A stretch of DNA of 64,000 nucleotides from the IMG/VR virus record IMGVR_UViG_3300044709_000184, positions 37,925 through 101,924 of that record. The stretch is one strand, 5' to 3'. Each line of letters begins with the position of its first letter. The stretch's first letter is position 1. The position numbers were made by a program, and so were the translations under genes. Under the pieces are notes generated by a model, which was not told the DNA's origin, ran no database searches, and saw nothing but the letters and a program-made list of their open reading frames with translations. This stretch comes from a virus (taxonomy: Duplodnaviria; Caudoviricetes). Below, piece after piece: positions 55,293 through 64,000 of the stretch.

Positions 55293-56462
55293 TCAGGCGG
55301 TCAGGGCGACGGCGGCGGGCGATTCGGGGCTGGAGACTTCGGCCTCCTCGCAGTAGACGTTGAAGGCGGGGCTGTTGGGGGACCAGCCGAGTGCGCGGGC
55401 AATGGACACCCGGTCGTAGCCGAGCTGGCGCAGGTGGGTGGCTCGGCCGCGGCGCAGGCTGTGCTGGGTGAACCACTCCCCGCCGGGGATGCCCGCCTCG
55501 ACCGCGCAGCCCGAGACGATCGCGCTGATCGAAACGCTGGCCATCTTGTAGGCCGGGTCGTCGCGGTGCCCGCGCAGCAGGGCCGTGCGGCCGGTCCCGC
55601 TGGTGCGGGCGAAGGGCCGGAACAGTGCCCCCTGCTTCACGCTGTAGCCGTCGCGGAGCACGTCGAAGACGTAGCGACGCATCGCCGTGACCGGGCAGTA
55701 GCGCGGGTTGCCTGGGTCCGGGTGCAGCACCCGGTACTCGACCTTCCGGCCCGGCTCCTTGTTGGTCTTCGACGACCGCAGCACCATGTTGACCAGCCCG
55801 TCGGGGGTGAACGTCAGGTCACCGATCCGGTACCGGGCCAGGTCCGAGGCCCGGCCGCCGGTCGACCAGCCGGCCAGCAGCTGCGCCGCGTTGCGGGCGT
55901 CCGCCGGGTCGTTCTCGACGTCGAGCGCGTCGACCATGGCCATGACGTGCTGCGGCCACGCCCGCGGCGCCTGGTTGGGTTCCCAGCCCAGCTCATTGAC
56001 GGCCTTGTCGCAGTACCGCTTCATCGCCAACGCCAGGCGCTTGCCGCCGAACCAGGCAAACGGCGGCTCCGGCATCGAGTGATAGAACCGCACCGCCGAG
56101 TACCACACCCACAGCGACGAGGGCGCCGGCCGGTGCCCGGCGCACTTCTCCCCGTTGGCCTGCCGGCCGCCGGCGCACCGGTTGTGGACCGGCAGGCCGT
56201 CCAGCCGACTAATCCACTCGATCATGGTCGACTGGGCCGACGACCGCGACGCCAACCCCCGACCCTCACACCAGGCGTCGTACGGCTTCCACGCCCGCTC
56301 GTACGTCTCCCGCGTCATCGGCGGGATGCCCTCCATCACCAGCCGCATCGCCTCGGGCGACAGGGGCCGCTCGTCGGCTGCTTGGGACTGGTACCGGTCT
56401 GGGGTCGCCGGGTCGGGTCGAGGGATGAGGCGGCCGTGTACGACGGGCTGGACGCTGGTCAC
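55293..56462 (-). CDS. Cre-like tyrosine recombinase (resolvase)
   Basis: ARNAAQLL...GGRASDL, RSSKT, CPV, HSLRRG, ALGW...Y (Trp in place of the second His, as in Cre). Confidence 0.85.
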   Translation of the reverse strand: MTSVQPVVHGRLIPRPDPATPDRYQSQAADERPLSPEAMRLVMEGIPPMTRETYERAWKPYDAWCEGRGLASRSSAQSTMIEWISRLDGLPVHNRCAGGRQANGEKCAGHRPAPSSLWVWYSAVRFYHSMPEPPFAWFGGKRLALAMKRYCDKAVNELGWEPNQAPRAWPQHVMAMVDALDVENDPADARNAAQLLAGWSTGGRASDLARYRIGDLTFTPDGLVNMVLRSSKTNKEPGRKVEYRVLHPDPGNPRYCPVTAMRRYVFDVLRDGYSVKQGALFRPFARTSGTGRTALLRGHRDDPAYKMASVSISAIVSGCAVEAGIPGGEWFTQHSLRRGRATHLRQLGYDRVSIARALGWSPNSPAFNVYCEEAEVSSPESPAAVALTA

Positions 56463-56482
56463 TAGTCCTCCCGGGCTCGATC

Positions 56483-56510
56483 AACTGGCATAAGAAAGGT
56501 TATCAAGGTT
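56483..56510. other. Putative tyrosine-recombinase crossover site (11-6-11)
   Basis: AACTGGCATAA-GAAAGG-TTATCAAGGTT, an AT-rich island about 20 bp upstream of the recombinase gene. Confidence 0.6.
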
Positions 56511-56524
56511 GACCTTGATCCTCC

Positions 56525-58312
56525 CTACGACGCGCCGGGCCACCGCGCCACGTGCTCAGCATCGAGGGAGGGGGGTCCGCCCGCGTGATCTTGGCCGGCG
56601 GTGGTGGGGATGAGGTGGTGGTTGAGCCACGACCCGCCGCCGCAGGCCACATACCGGCCGCCCAGGTCGGGCAGGGTCGTCTGATGCCAGGTGATCGTGG
56701 TGGCCCACGGCATCGGCCCGTGTGGGCAGCTGCCCCGGATGTGGTGGGCGGCCGCGGTGAGGGCCTGGTCGAAGGTGTCGTACTCGGTGCCCAGCTCGAG
56801 CTGGCCGTAGCAGGTGAGCACCCAGCTGGTGGTCATCGCCGCGGTCCGCCGGGGAGTTCGGCCAGCTCGACCAGGGCAGCCGCCAGCAGGGAGGCCAGCC
56901 GGATGCGGGGCATGGCGTCCTCAGCGTCGTCGAGGGCCATCGCGATCACGGCCATGGCGGCTGTGCGGGGGCCCTGGGCGAGGGTGGCGCGGGCCGAGTC
57001 GACGTGCTGGTGTAGCTCGTCGACGGCCTGGGCGGCGAGCTGGTCGTTGACCGGGTCGGCCGGGTCAACGTTGGCGGTGAACTTAGGCATCGGCGATGGT
57101 GATGTGCACCTCGGCCAGGCGGTCGGTCAGCCAGGCCAGGTCGGGGCCGGTCAAGCGGGCAGCTGGGGGGAGGGCAGCCGTCATCGGGTGGTCGGGGTTG
57201 AGGCGCATGGTGCGGCGGTAGTTCACTGCGGCGGCCACGGTGGCGGCGTACAGGGCTGCGGTGTCGTCCAGCTCGGTCGGGGTGTTGTCAGTCATGATCG
57301 GCGGTGCTTCCTTCCGCTGCGTCGACCTGCAGGGTGTGGAGGGCTTCCCGGACGTATTCGAGGGGGCAGCTGCCGTTGCCGTCGCACACGACCTCTTCGC
57401 ACATGGGGCAGGACCACCAGTCGGTGGTGGTAGTGGCCTCGACCTGGTCGGCGAGGTCGCGGAACTCTTGGTCCGACATTTCTTGGCGGGCGGTGCCCCA
57501 GCCGGCGAGCTGGCGCAGGGTGAGGGCGACGGTTCGGATGGTGTTGAGGGTGACCGCACGGGCCTGGTCGGGGGGCGGGGGGGCGGCGTCGGGTCGGTCG
57601 GTCGCCGCCGCCGGTTGGCTCGCTGGGTGGCCGAGGGCCCGGTCGAGCAGGGCAGCGGCGAACATGAAGGCCAGCTCCGACTTGTCGAACTCGTCGTGGT
57701 TGAGGTTGGCCAGGAAGTTGACCATGGTGGTCATGTCGGTGGGTTCGCTGGCCAGGCGGCCCCGGACAGCGCCGGTCATCTTGGCGACCATGGCGTCGAG
57801 GCGGGCCAGGGATTTGAGCTCTTCAGGGTCGGGTGTGGTCATCGGCCCGCGGCGCCGCTGTCGGTGCAGGGGTCGCAGATGTTGAAGTGGACCAGGGCGT
57901 GGCCGCCGCGGAGGATGCCCCGACGCAGCCGGGCCGTGTTGGTGCGGCACAGGGAGCAGCGGTGCTGGTCGTCGGCGTCGATCAGGCTGTCGAGCATGCC
58001 GTACTCGGCGCAGGCGGTGCAGGTGACGTACCCGACCGCCCACACGGCGATGTGGATGGCGGTGCGGACGTCGTCGGGGGAGACGTGAGCGCACGAGTGG
58101 TGCTCGCTGTCGACGGCCCGGTTGTGGGCCTCCAGGAATGGCAGCACCCAGCTGGGTGGGTCGAGGCTGGGCGGCTCATGCCGGGCAGCCGGGTCGGCGG
58201 CGACCATCGCCCCGAACACGCGGACAGCGTCGGCCAACGCCGCCTGCTCGGCCAGGTCGCTGATGACGGCCCGGGCCACGTCGGCCGGGTCGGGGTGCTG
58301 GGGCCAGGTCAT
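56525..58312 (-). CDS. Five coupled hypothetical ORFs (56525-56836, 56833-57090, 57083-57295, 57288-57842, 57839-58312)
   Basis: Overlapping start/stop codons; CxxC motifs in the last two. Confidence 0.5.
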
Positions 58313-59220
58313 GGAGCGCCCAACGATGCCGTCGCCTTCACGTCACCGCAGGTGGGGCAGGACCGGTAGTTGCGGCCGTGGCCGATCATGCGGCTGTTCC
58401 GGCGGCACTGGCCGCACCAGGGGCGGCGCGGCTCGCGCTGGGTCGGTACGGGTGCGCCGACCTTCTCGTCAGCGCGGCAGCCGGCGCACGTGTCGGCGAA
58501 CTGGCCCGGGTGCTCCCGGCAGGGTCGGCGTGTGCTGAGCCGGGTGCGTTCAGCGGCCGCGGCCCGGGCCCGGGGGTTGGTGCCGCACGGCCGGCAGGCG
58601 ACAGTGTCCGGGTGATCTCGACCGCAGGCCCGAACGGGGGGTCGGGTTTGGTCTGACGATTCAGGTTCCCCCGCGCAAGCGCGGGGGGTAGGGGGTTCTT
58701 GGTTCAAGTACGGTTCTAAGTACGGTTCGGCGGGCCTGTAGGCCCCCCCGATTTGGAACTGTAGGCCCCCCCGATTAACACCCTGGGCCCGCCCGGAACT
58801 GTAGGCCCCCCCGATTTCCGGATCGGCCAACAACCCGGGGGTCGTGTGGTTCCCCCCGTTTTCCTCGCGGGTCGTGAGCTGCGGGTTTGCCGTCGGCCGG
58901 CCCGGCAGGCCGTGAGCCGGGCGGGGGTCGCGCCGCTGTTCGAGGGCGAGGTCCCACACCACCGGCCGCTTGTCGGGGGGCAGGTACTCGACGACCCGCT
59001 GGTTGCCCCGGCGGATCAGGCCCAGCTCCTCGAGCGCCTCGAGGTCCTTACGCACCGACCGGTCGCCCTTGCGGGCGTACCAGGCCAGCAGCTCCTGACT
59101 GGGGTAGGCGTTGCGGCCGTCCTCGTTTGCGTGATTGGCCAGGCCGACGAGGACGGCGACCAGGTGAGGTGGCACGTCAGGCGCGGCCTCCAGGACCCAG
59201 GCGATCGCTTGAAGGCTCAT
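58309..59220 (-). CDS. Replication initiator with N-terminal winged HTH
   Basis: MSLQAIAWVL...VLVGLANHA...AYPSQELLA...RSVRKDLEALEELGLI; internal DNA iterons. Confidence 0.8.
   Translation of the reverse strand: MSLQAIAWVLEAAPDVPPHLVAVLVGLANHANEDGRNAYPSQELLAWYARKGDRSVRKDLEALEELGLIRRGNQRVVEYLPPDKRPVVWDLALEQRRDPRPAHGLPGRPTANPQLTTREENGGNHTTPGLLADPEIGGAYSSGRAQGVNRGGLQFQIGGAYRPAEPYLEPYLNQEPPTPRACAGEPESSDQTRPPVRACGRDHPDTVACRPCGTNPRARAAAAERTRLSTRRPCREHPGQFADTCAGCRADEKVGAPVPTQREPRRPWCGQCRRNSRMIGHGRNYRSCPTCGDVKATASLGAP
58736..58816. repeat. Iterons (putative origin) inside the rep gene
   Basis: CTGTAGGCCCCCCCGATT x3 at 58736, 58759 and 58799. Confidence 0.8.
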
Positions 59221-59519
59221 GCGCCACCGCCGCCGGTCAGCTCGGTGTCGTCGAAGTCGATGACACCGCTGGTACGTAGCTCAAGCAGGGCGGCCACAAC
59301 GTCGTCGACGGCGGCCCGGTCGGCGGCCAGCCGGACGGCCAGGTCGGTCATTGAGTCGATGGCGGCGCCCTCTTCCCGGTACGCCATCAGGGCGGTGTAG
59401 GTGCCCAGGGCGAACAGGGACAGGCCCGGTCTCTCGGCCACCAGCCGGGCGACCATGACGGCCAGGTCGTCGGCGGGGTTCCGGGCCCGGAACACCATCT
59501 CGTGCCGGTCGGATTGCAT
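59217..59519 (-). CDS. Winged-helix-like protein upstream of rep
   Basis: LSLFALGTYTAL...ALLELRTSGVI; ATGA-coupled. Confidence 0.5.
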   Translation of the reverse strand: MQSDRHEMVFRARNPADDLAVMVARLVAERPGLSLFALGTYTALMAYREEGAAIDSMTDLAVRLAADRAAVDDVVAALLELRTSGVIDFDDTELTGGGGA

Positions 59520-59819
59520 ATGCGTGCGTTTCCTCTCCCCCACGCGGGGTTGAGGAAAAGTCGGAGCCGGTTGCTAGACTCCAGACAGCTCCCCCGCGCG
59601 GGAAATGTGCGGGTAGGGCTAGACCTCTCAGCCGCGTCGGGCATCGGGGTTGTCGTGGGGCCGCCAGGAGTTTGACCCTCCTCGGCGGCCCATTACTTTG
59701 CCTGTTTGGTGCTGGTCAGCGGGGGTATGCGGCATATCTGTCGGTACGGTGCACCGTACCGCTACCCCACTGGGCCGTGGATCGGTTAGGCGCCGATCGG
59801 GCGGCCGCACCCCCTCATC

Positions 59820-60656
59820 TCACCCCCCCGTCGCTTCTAGGCCGGGCTGCCCCGCCGGCCGCCGGGGCTCGAACAGGCACAGGGCAGCGGTGGCGTCATC
59901 GTGACGTTTGACTATCCGCCCGGACGGCTCGGTGGACAGCTCGGGCAGCAGCCGCGTCTCCGCAGCGCGGATGCGGTGGACCACGTCTGCCATGCCGGCA
60001 CCGTCGGCCAGGTCGTTGAGAAGGTCTGACCACGTGCCGAGGCGGAGCCGGTCGACGTAGCGGGTCATCCCGTCGGTGAGCAGCGCCGCCCGTTGGAGGT
60101 CGCCGGCCCGGACCGTGCCCGTGACGGCGTACTGCGCCGCAGCGGGGACGGCCGCGGCCACCCAGAAGCCCCCCTCCTGGTTGCGTGCTGCCCGCACTGC
60201 CTCGGCCGTGTATGACGGCAGCTGTGCCGAGCGGAGGTCTTCCACCCGCACGACGGCGCCGTCCAGATCGAGCAGGATCGGTGAGTCACCCAGCACGAGG
60301 TAGTCGACCGTGTCGTCCAGCCTGTTGGCTCGCAGCATCGCCACCGTCGAGGACGGCGAGTCCGGGTTGGCCAGGTCGCAGCCGTAGACCTGGTGGTTGG
60401 TGCGGGTGTAGTCGATGGCGGAGGCCAGGACGTCGGCGAGTACCGGCTTCGTCATGATCGTCAGGTATCGGGCCATCGCCGCGGCCAGCTGGTGGACCAG
60501 CCACGCCGGGCCGTGCACGCAGCCGGAGTCCACCCCGGGCCGGGTGGTTGCCCCGTCCAGCACCATGACCCAGTCGGGCCCTGCCGCGACGAAGTCCTCG
60601 TTGGGCCGGACGGTGGCGGGCGACGTATGGGTGGTGATCTGCATGGGCGCGGTCAC
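59820..60656 (-). CDS. PP2C-like phosphatase
   Basis: NED, VLDGAT, PSST, LGDS, LLTDG, HDDAT. Confidence 0.82.
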   Translation of the reverse strand: MTAPMQITTHTSPATVRPNEDFVAAGPDWVMVLDGATTRPGVDSGCVHGPAWLVHQLAAAMARYLTIMTKPVLADVLASAIDYTRTNHQVYGCDLANPDSPSSTVAMLRANRLDDTVDYLVLGDSPILLDLDGAVVRVEDLRSAQLPSYTAEAVRAARNQEGGFWVAAAVPAAAQYAVTGTVRAGDLQRAALLTDGMTRYVDRLRLGTWSDLLNDLADGAGMADVVHRIRAAETRLLPELSTEPSGRIVKRHDDATAALCLFEPRRPAGQPGLEATGG

Positions 60657-61447
60657 TCCGTTCGTAGGCGAGAGTCGGGGATCGGGAACCGGTACGACAT
60701 GGACGTCATGTCACCGGCCATGACGGCCAGCATCACCTCGACCGGCCGGCCGGTGGTGGTGAGCACGGTACGGATCAACTCCAGGACCGGCGTGCCGGCC
60801 GGCAGCTTCAGCGCGACCGACTCCGGCCCGGTCGGCATCCTGGCCGCCCACTCCTCGCATATCTCAGCCAGCAGGTAGCCGGCCTCTTCGAGGCGCGAGA
60901 ACCCGCCGCCCGGACCGGTGTCTTCCTCGCGGATGCGGGGCGCGTCGGCCGCCACCGCCAGCTCGTAGTACGAGTCGGCGAGCTGGTTGGGGCGGCCGTC
61001 GATCAGCGTGGTCCGCCGCCGCACCCACACCGGGGTGCCGGGGTCGATCTCCAGCCGTTCCGCGACCCGGTCCGGTGCCGGCACCTCAGCCAGTTCCCGG
61101 AGCAACTGCGTAGCGGTGAGGCCCTGTGCGGCGGCCTCAGCGGTGAGGATCGCCGTCCCGGATGTCCACCGGGCCCGGTCGTAGCGGTCCACCCCGTGGC
61201 GGCGAGCCACCGTGCGGGGCCGCACAAACGACCCGAGGCCCTGTCTGGAGACGATCAGACCCTGGTTGCGCAGCAGCTGCATCGCGCCTCGCGCCACCGC
61301 GTCTGAGCACAGGTGCGCGCGGGTGATGTCCTCGAGCGTTGGCATCTTCGCTCCCGGCGCAAGCTCACCGGTTTCGATGCGGGCACGTAGGTCATCGGCG
61401 ACACGGACCTGTAGCGGCCGGGCGTCCGTAGGGCCGGAAGTGGTCAT
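60653..61447 (-). CDS. GntR-family regulator with UTRA domain (KorSA-like)
   Basis: VADDLRARIETGEL.PG.KMPT...GLIVSRQGLGSFV; C-terminal UTRA domain. Confidence 0.9.
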   Translation of the reverse strand: MTTSGPTDARPLQVRVADDLRARIETGELAPGAKMPTLEDITRAHLCSDAVARGAMQLLRNQGLIVSRQGLGSFVRPRTVARRHGVDRYDRARWTSGTAILTAEAAAQGLTATQLLRELAEVPAPDRVAERLEIDPGTPVWVRRRTTLIDGRPNQLADSYYELAVAADAPRIREEDTGPGGGFSRLEEAGYLLAEICEEWAARMPTGPESVALKLPAGTPVLELIRTVLTTTGRPVEVMLAVMAGDMTSMSYRFPIPDSRLRTE

Positions 61448-61475
61448 AGAGCGACACGATACACGACTTCGGCTA

Positions 61476-61552
61476 TTCGCCTACGAATGTCATTGACGCG
61501 CTCCGGTGCGCCACGTACGGTGGTGAGCAACCTTCGGGGGTTCGTAGGCGAA
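61476..61552 (+). promoter_or_regulatory. Promoter TTGACG-N17-TACGGT flanked by inverted 12-bp operators
   Basis: TTCGCCTACGAA (61476) and TTCGTAGGCGAA (61541); -35 at 61493, -10 at 61516. Confidence 0.75.
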
Positions 61553-61593
61553 CCACTGAGGATCTGGCTCCCCGAGACGGAGGAAGACCGCCG

Positions 61594-61833
61594 ATGTTGG
61601 ACGCGACACAGCTGGACCGGCCGCCGGCGGACGAGCTTCCCGCCGCCCTGGCCGACGTCTCGTTGGCGGCCCTTCGGCAGCTCCCCCGCCGGCAGTGCCT
61701 GTGCATCGCGCTGCGCCACGTCGCCGGCCTGTCCGTGTCCGCCACGGCCGACCTGCTGCGCCTGTCGGAGCCGGCGGTCCTCGCCATCGAGTACCGGGCG
61801 ACGGCGACGCTCACCGATTGGCGAACGTCATGA
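61594..61833 (+). CDS. Stand-alone sigma-70 region 4-like protein
   Basis: ALRQLPRRQ..CIALRHVAGLSVSATADLL.LSEPAV....YRA; GGAGG RBS. Confidence 0.65.
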   Translation: MLDATQLDRPPADELPAALADVSLAALRQLPRRQCLCIALRHVAGLSVSATADLLRLSEPAVLAIEYRATATLTDWRTS

Positions 61834-62060
61834 CTGGCCACGACCCACAGACTAGGCGGCGACGCACCACCCGCCGGCTGCACCTGTGGGTCGCGGTGTT
61901 GGCCACGGCCGTCATCCTCCTCGCCGCTGCGGGTCTGATGGGCGCGGTCCTGGCCCTGCAGGCGTCCGGCAGTGCCCCCCTGGTCTGGGCGCTCGGGGCG
62001 GTCATCGTGGTCGACCTGGTCGCCGTGTTCCTGATGTGGAGGGCGACCCGTGTTCGGTAG
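61830..62060 (+). CDS. Two-TM membrane protein
   Basis: ATGA-coupled; two hydrophobic helices. Confidence 0.55.
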   Translation: MTGHDPQTRRRRTTRRLHLWVAVLATAVILLAAAGLMGAVLALQASGSAPLVWALGAVIVVDLVAVFLMWRATRVR

Positions 62061-62316
62061 GCATCGCCACACCACGACCGATGAGGCCCCGTCGGGGGCC
62101 TGCTGCTGGGGTGCCAGCGGCGACATCGCCGACGGCCAGCTGTGCGGAACCCACCGGCGGGAGGTCGCCGAGACGGCCCGCCGCCAGGGCGGGCAGGGCT
62201 ACCACAGCCCGGTCGCCTTCGACGGGTCCCCTATGCCCGGCTGGCACCGTATCGCCCGCAATCGTCCCGGTAGCGCCACGCCGGGCCCCGCTGAGGATCG
62301 GGAGAGCGACCAGTGA
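62050..62316 (+). CDS. Hypothetical protein
   Basis: Coupled ORF. Confidence 0.45.
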   Translation: MFGRHRHTTTDEAPSGACCWGASGDIADGQLCGTHRREVAETARRQGGQGYHSPVAFDGSPMPGWHRIARNRPGSATPGPAEDRESDQ

Positions 62317-63506
62317 CCACGTCGATGATGACCGGCATGCCAGCGACACCGAACCCCATCACCACGGCCTCTGCCAACGGCCACCACCCGAGCCATGTCC
62401 CCCCGATCACGGCGCCGGCCTACCCGGCTGGGCCGGCACCGTCCGACCCGCCCCGCCGGTCCGGCGGCGAGCCGAAGCCGCCCCGGCGATGGTTCGGGAT
62501 GCTGCTCACCGTGCTGGGCTGGGCGGCCGCAACGATCCTGTCCGCCGACGGGGCGTGGAACTTCTTCCGCGGCACCCTGCACCTGAACCTTCAGCTGTGC
62601 ATCGCCGCCTTCGCCCTGTTCGAGATCAGCGTCCTGGCCTGTGCCGTGACGGCCCGGCACCGCCGGCTCGCGTCGCTGCGTCGCTACCGCAACACCCACC
62701 CTGGCATGCCGGTTGACCCTGCCGAGCGTCACTCCGGTGGTGTGGCCGGCGTCGCGGTGTGGGTGTTCGCGGCCCTGTCGGGTCTGTTCTCCGCCTCGCA
62801 TGAGGTCGTCATGTGGGGCCAGGGCGTCCGGTTCGTGGCACCGCTGATGGCGGCGTTCCTGTTTGAGCTGCTGGTGTCGACCGAGGTCATGGACGCCCAG
62901 GGCCGCCGCCGCCGGGTCAACATCAGGTTCACCCCCGAACGGATCCTGGTGGCCCTCGGTCTGGCCGACCCGACCGACCGCACCGCCGGCGACGTGGCCC
63001 GCGACAAGGAGATCGCCCGCCTGGCGACCCTGCGCGTGCGGGCCCAGGAAGCCGAGCCCGGCGACAAGGGAAACCGGGCCCGCAAGGCCTACCGTCGCCA
63101 GCTCGAGCGGTGCAACGAGCGGTACAGCCTGGCCACCGACGCGAGGCTGATGGCCCAGTTGCAGCGGTCCCTGGCCCTGCTCTACGGGGCCCTCGACTCG
63201 ACCACCGCCGACGCTGTCGCGGCCGCCAACCCGTGGTCGCGGGACACCCGGCAGCGGGCCGCGGCACCGTCGCAGCCCGGTCCGGCCCAGGCCCGCGGTG
63301 GCGGTCAGCCCAAACGTGGCCCGGTCGACGACGAGCCGAAGCCGACGAGGTCGGCTGAGGAGAGCTGGGCCCTCATCCAGCAGCACCTCACCACCAACCC
63401 GCAGGCATCGAAGGCCGAGCTGGCACGTGTGGTGAACCTGTCCCGCACCCGGGTCGGGCAGATCCTCGACCAGTTCCAGGGCCCTACCGGAGAGGTCCGC
63501 GACTGA
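62313..63506 (+). CDS. SpdB-like plasmid spread/transfer membrane protein with C-terminal HTH
   Basis: Four TM helices (FALFE...RFVAPLMAAFLFE), coiled coil, and C-terminal PQASKAELARVVNLSRTRVGQIL. Confidence 0.6.
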   Translation: MTTSMMTGMPATPNPITTASANGHHPSHVPPITAPAYPAGPAPSDPPRRSGGEPKPPRRWFGMLLTVLGWAAATILSADGAWNFFRGTLHLNLQLCIAAFALFEISVLACAVTARHRRLASLRRYRNTHPGMPVDPAERHSGGVAGVAVWVFAALSGLFSASHEVVMWGQGVRFVAPLMAAFLFELLVSTEVMDAQGRRRRVNIRFTPERILVALGLADPTDRTAGDVARDKEIARLATLRVRAQEAEPGDKGNRARKAYRRQLERCNERYSLATDARLMAQLQRSLALLYGALDSTTADAVAAANPWSRDTRQRAAAPSQPGPAQARGGGQPKRGPVDDEPKPTRSAEESWALIQQHLTTNPQASKAELARVVNLSRTRVGQILDQFQGPTGEVRD

Positions 63507-64000
63507 TGGCCACCGTGGCGGAGGAGGTACTCACCGGGCTGGCCTTGGTCGGCTGGGGGCTGTACTGCATGGCCCTAAACGACGACGTCGAGGCGCCCCG
63601 CATCGCCGCGTTCCTGTCACGTGTCACCTGGCGCCGCCGCCCGGGCCCTGACACCCCGTCCCCTGACGCCCCACCCAACGCGTCAGGTGACGGCCAGGTA
63701 CCTGTCACCCTGACGGCCCCTGTCACCCCCGACACGACCGACCCGGGCCGTCAGGTACCACCCGCCCCTGACACCCCCAGACCGGCAGGTCACATCCCGT
63801 CTGGGCCACTGTCCCTGACACCCCAGCCCGACCCGTCAGGGACGGGGCGGCAGGTGTCAGGTCTGCCGGCCCGGCCGGTGCCCCTGACACCCGCCCTCCC
63901 GCCGCCCGGGCCCGTCCCTGACGGTCCGGCAGCGGCCGACCCTGTCACCCCGTCAGGGGGCGTCAGGGACGACCACGGCGGCCCGTCAGTGTCACCCGCC
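63506..64000 (+). CDS. Membrane-anchored Pro-rich protein (partial)
   Basis: TGATG coupling; frame open to the window end. Confidence 0.55.
   Translation, partial: MATVAEEVLTGLALVGWGLYCMALNDDVEAPRIAAFLSRVTWRRRPGPDTPSPDAPPNASGDGQVPVTLTAPVTPDTTDPGRQVPPAPDTPRPAGHIPSGPLSLTPQPDPSGTGRQVSGLPARPVPLTPALPPPGPVPDGPAAADPVTPSGGVRDDHGGPSVSPA
63612..63998. repeat. Dense array of short (CC)TGAC(A/G) motifs in both orientations
   Basis: About 20 TGAC/GTCA cores in ~390 bp, e.g. CCCTGACACCC x4 and many CGTCAGG and TGTCACC. Confidence 0.7.

Overview
High-GC actinobacterial temperate-phage-like element. No host housekeeping genes, rRNA, tRNA or CRISPR array were recognised. Most genes lie on the minus strand. 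Reading right to left: (i) 51.4-64 kb, a plasmid/AICE-like maintenance and spread module: GntR-UTRA (KorSA-like) repressor with operators, PP2C-like phosphatase, Spd-like membrane proteins, winged-helix replication initiator with internal iterons, Cre-like recombinase beside a dif/lox-like 11-6-11 site, and ParA. (ii) 46.3-51.4 kb, an early-type regulon of small unknown genes behind repeated promoter/operator units (TTGTGT-N17-TANNNT overlapped by TGTC-N7-GACA) with a divergent HTH repressor. (iii) 42.0-46.1 kb, a 7-deazaguanine DNA-modification operon (ParB-N, dpdA-like, queC, queD, queE, folE) directly upstream of terS/terL. (iv) A siphovirus morphogenesis module resembling mycobacteriophage cluster B: portal, MuF, protease polyprotein ending in an Acb1-like 2H phosphoesterase, two capsid proteins, tail genes and tape measure. 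This module is interrupted by a six-glycosyltransferase plus methyltransferase cluster (25.6-33.4 kb) and by a 12.8-kb accessory block (2.7-15.4 kb). That block holds lysis genes, Lsr2, a second tyrosine recombinase, a membrane-anchored catalytically degenerate paralogue of the prohead protease, and a hyaluronan-synthase-like GT2 coupled to a tiny LPVTG sorting-signal peptide. All functional calls come from motif recognition by eye; no database searches were run, and many start codons are best guesses.
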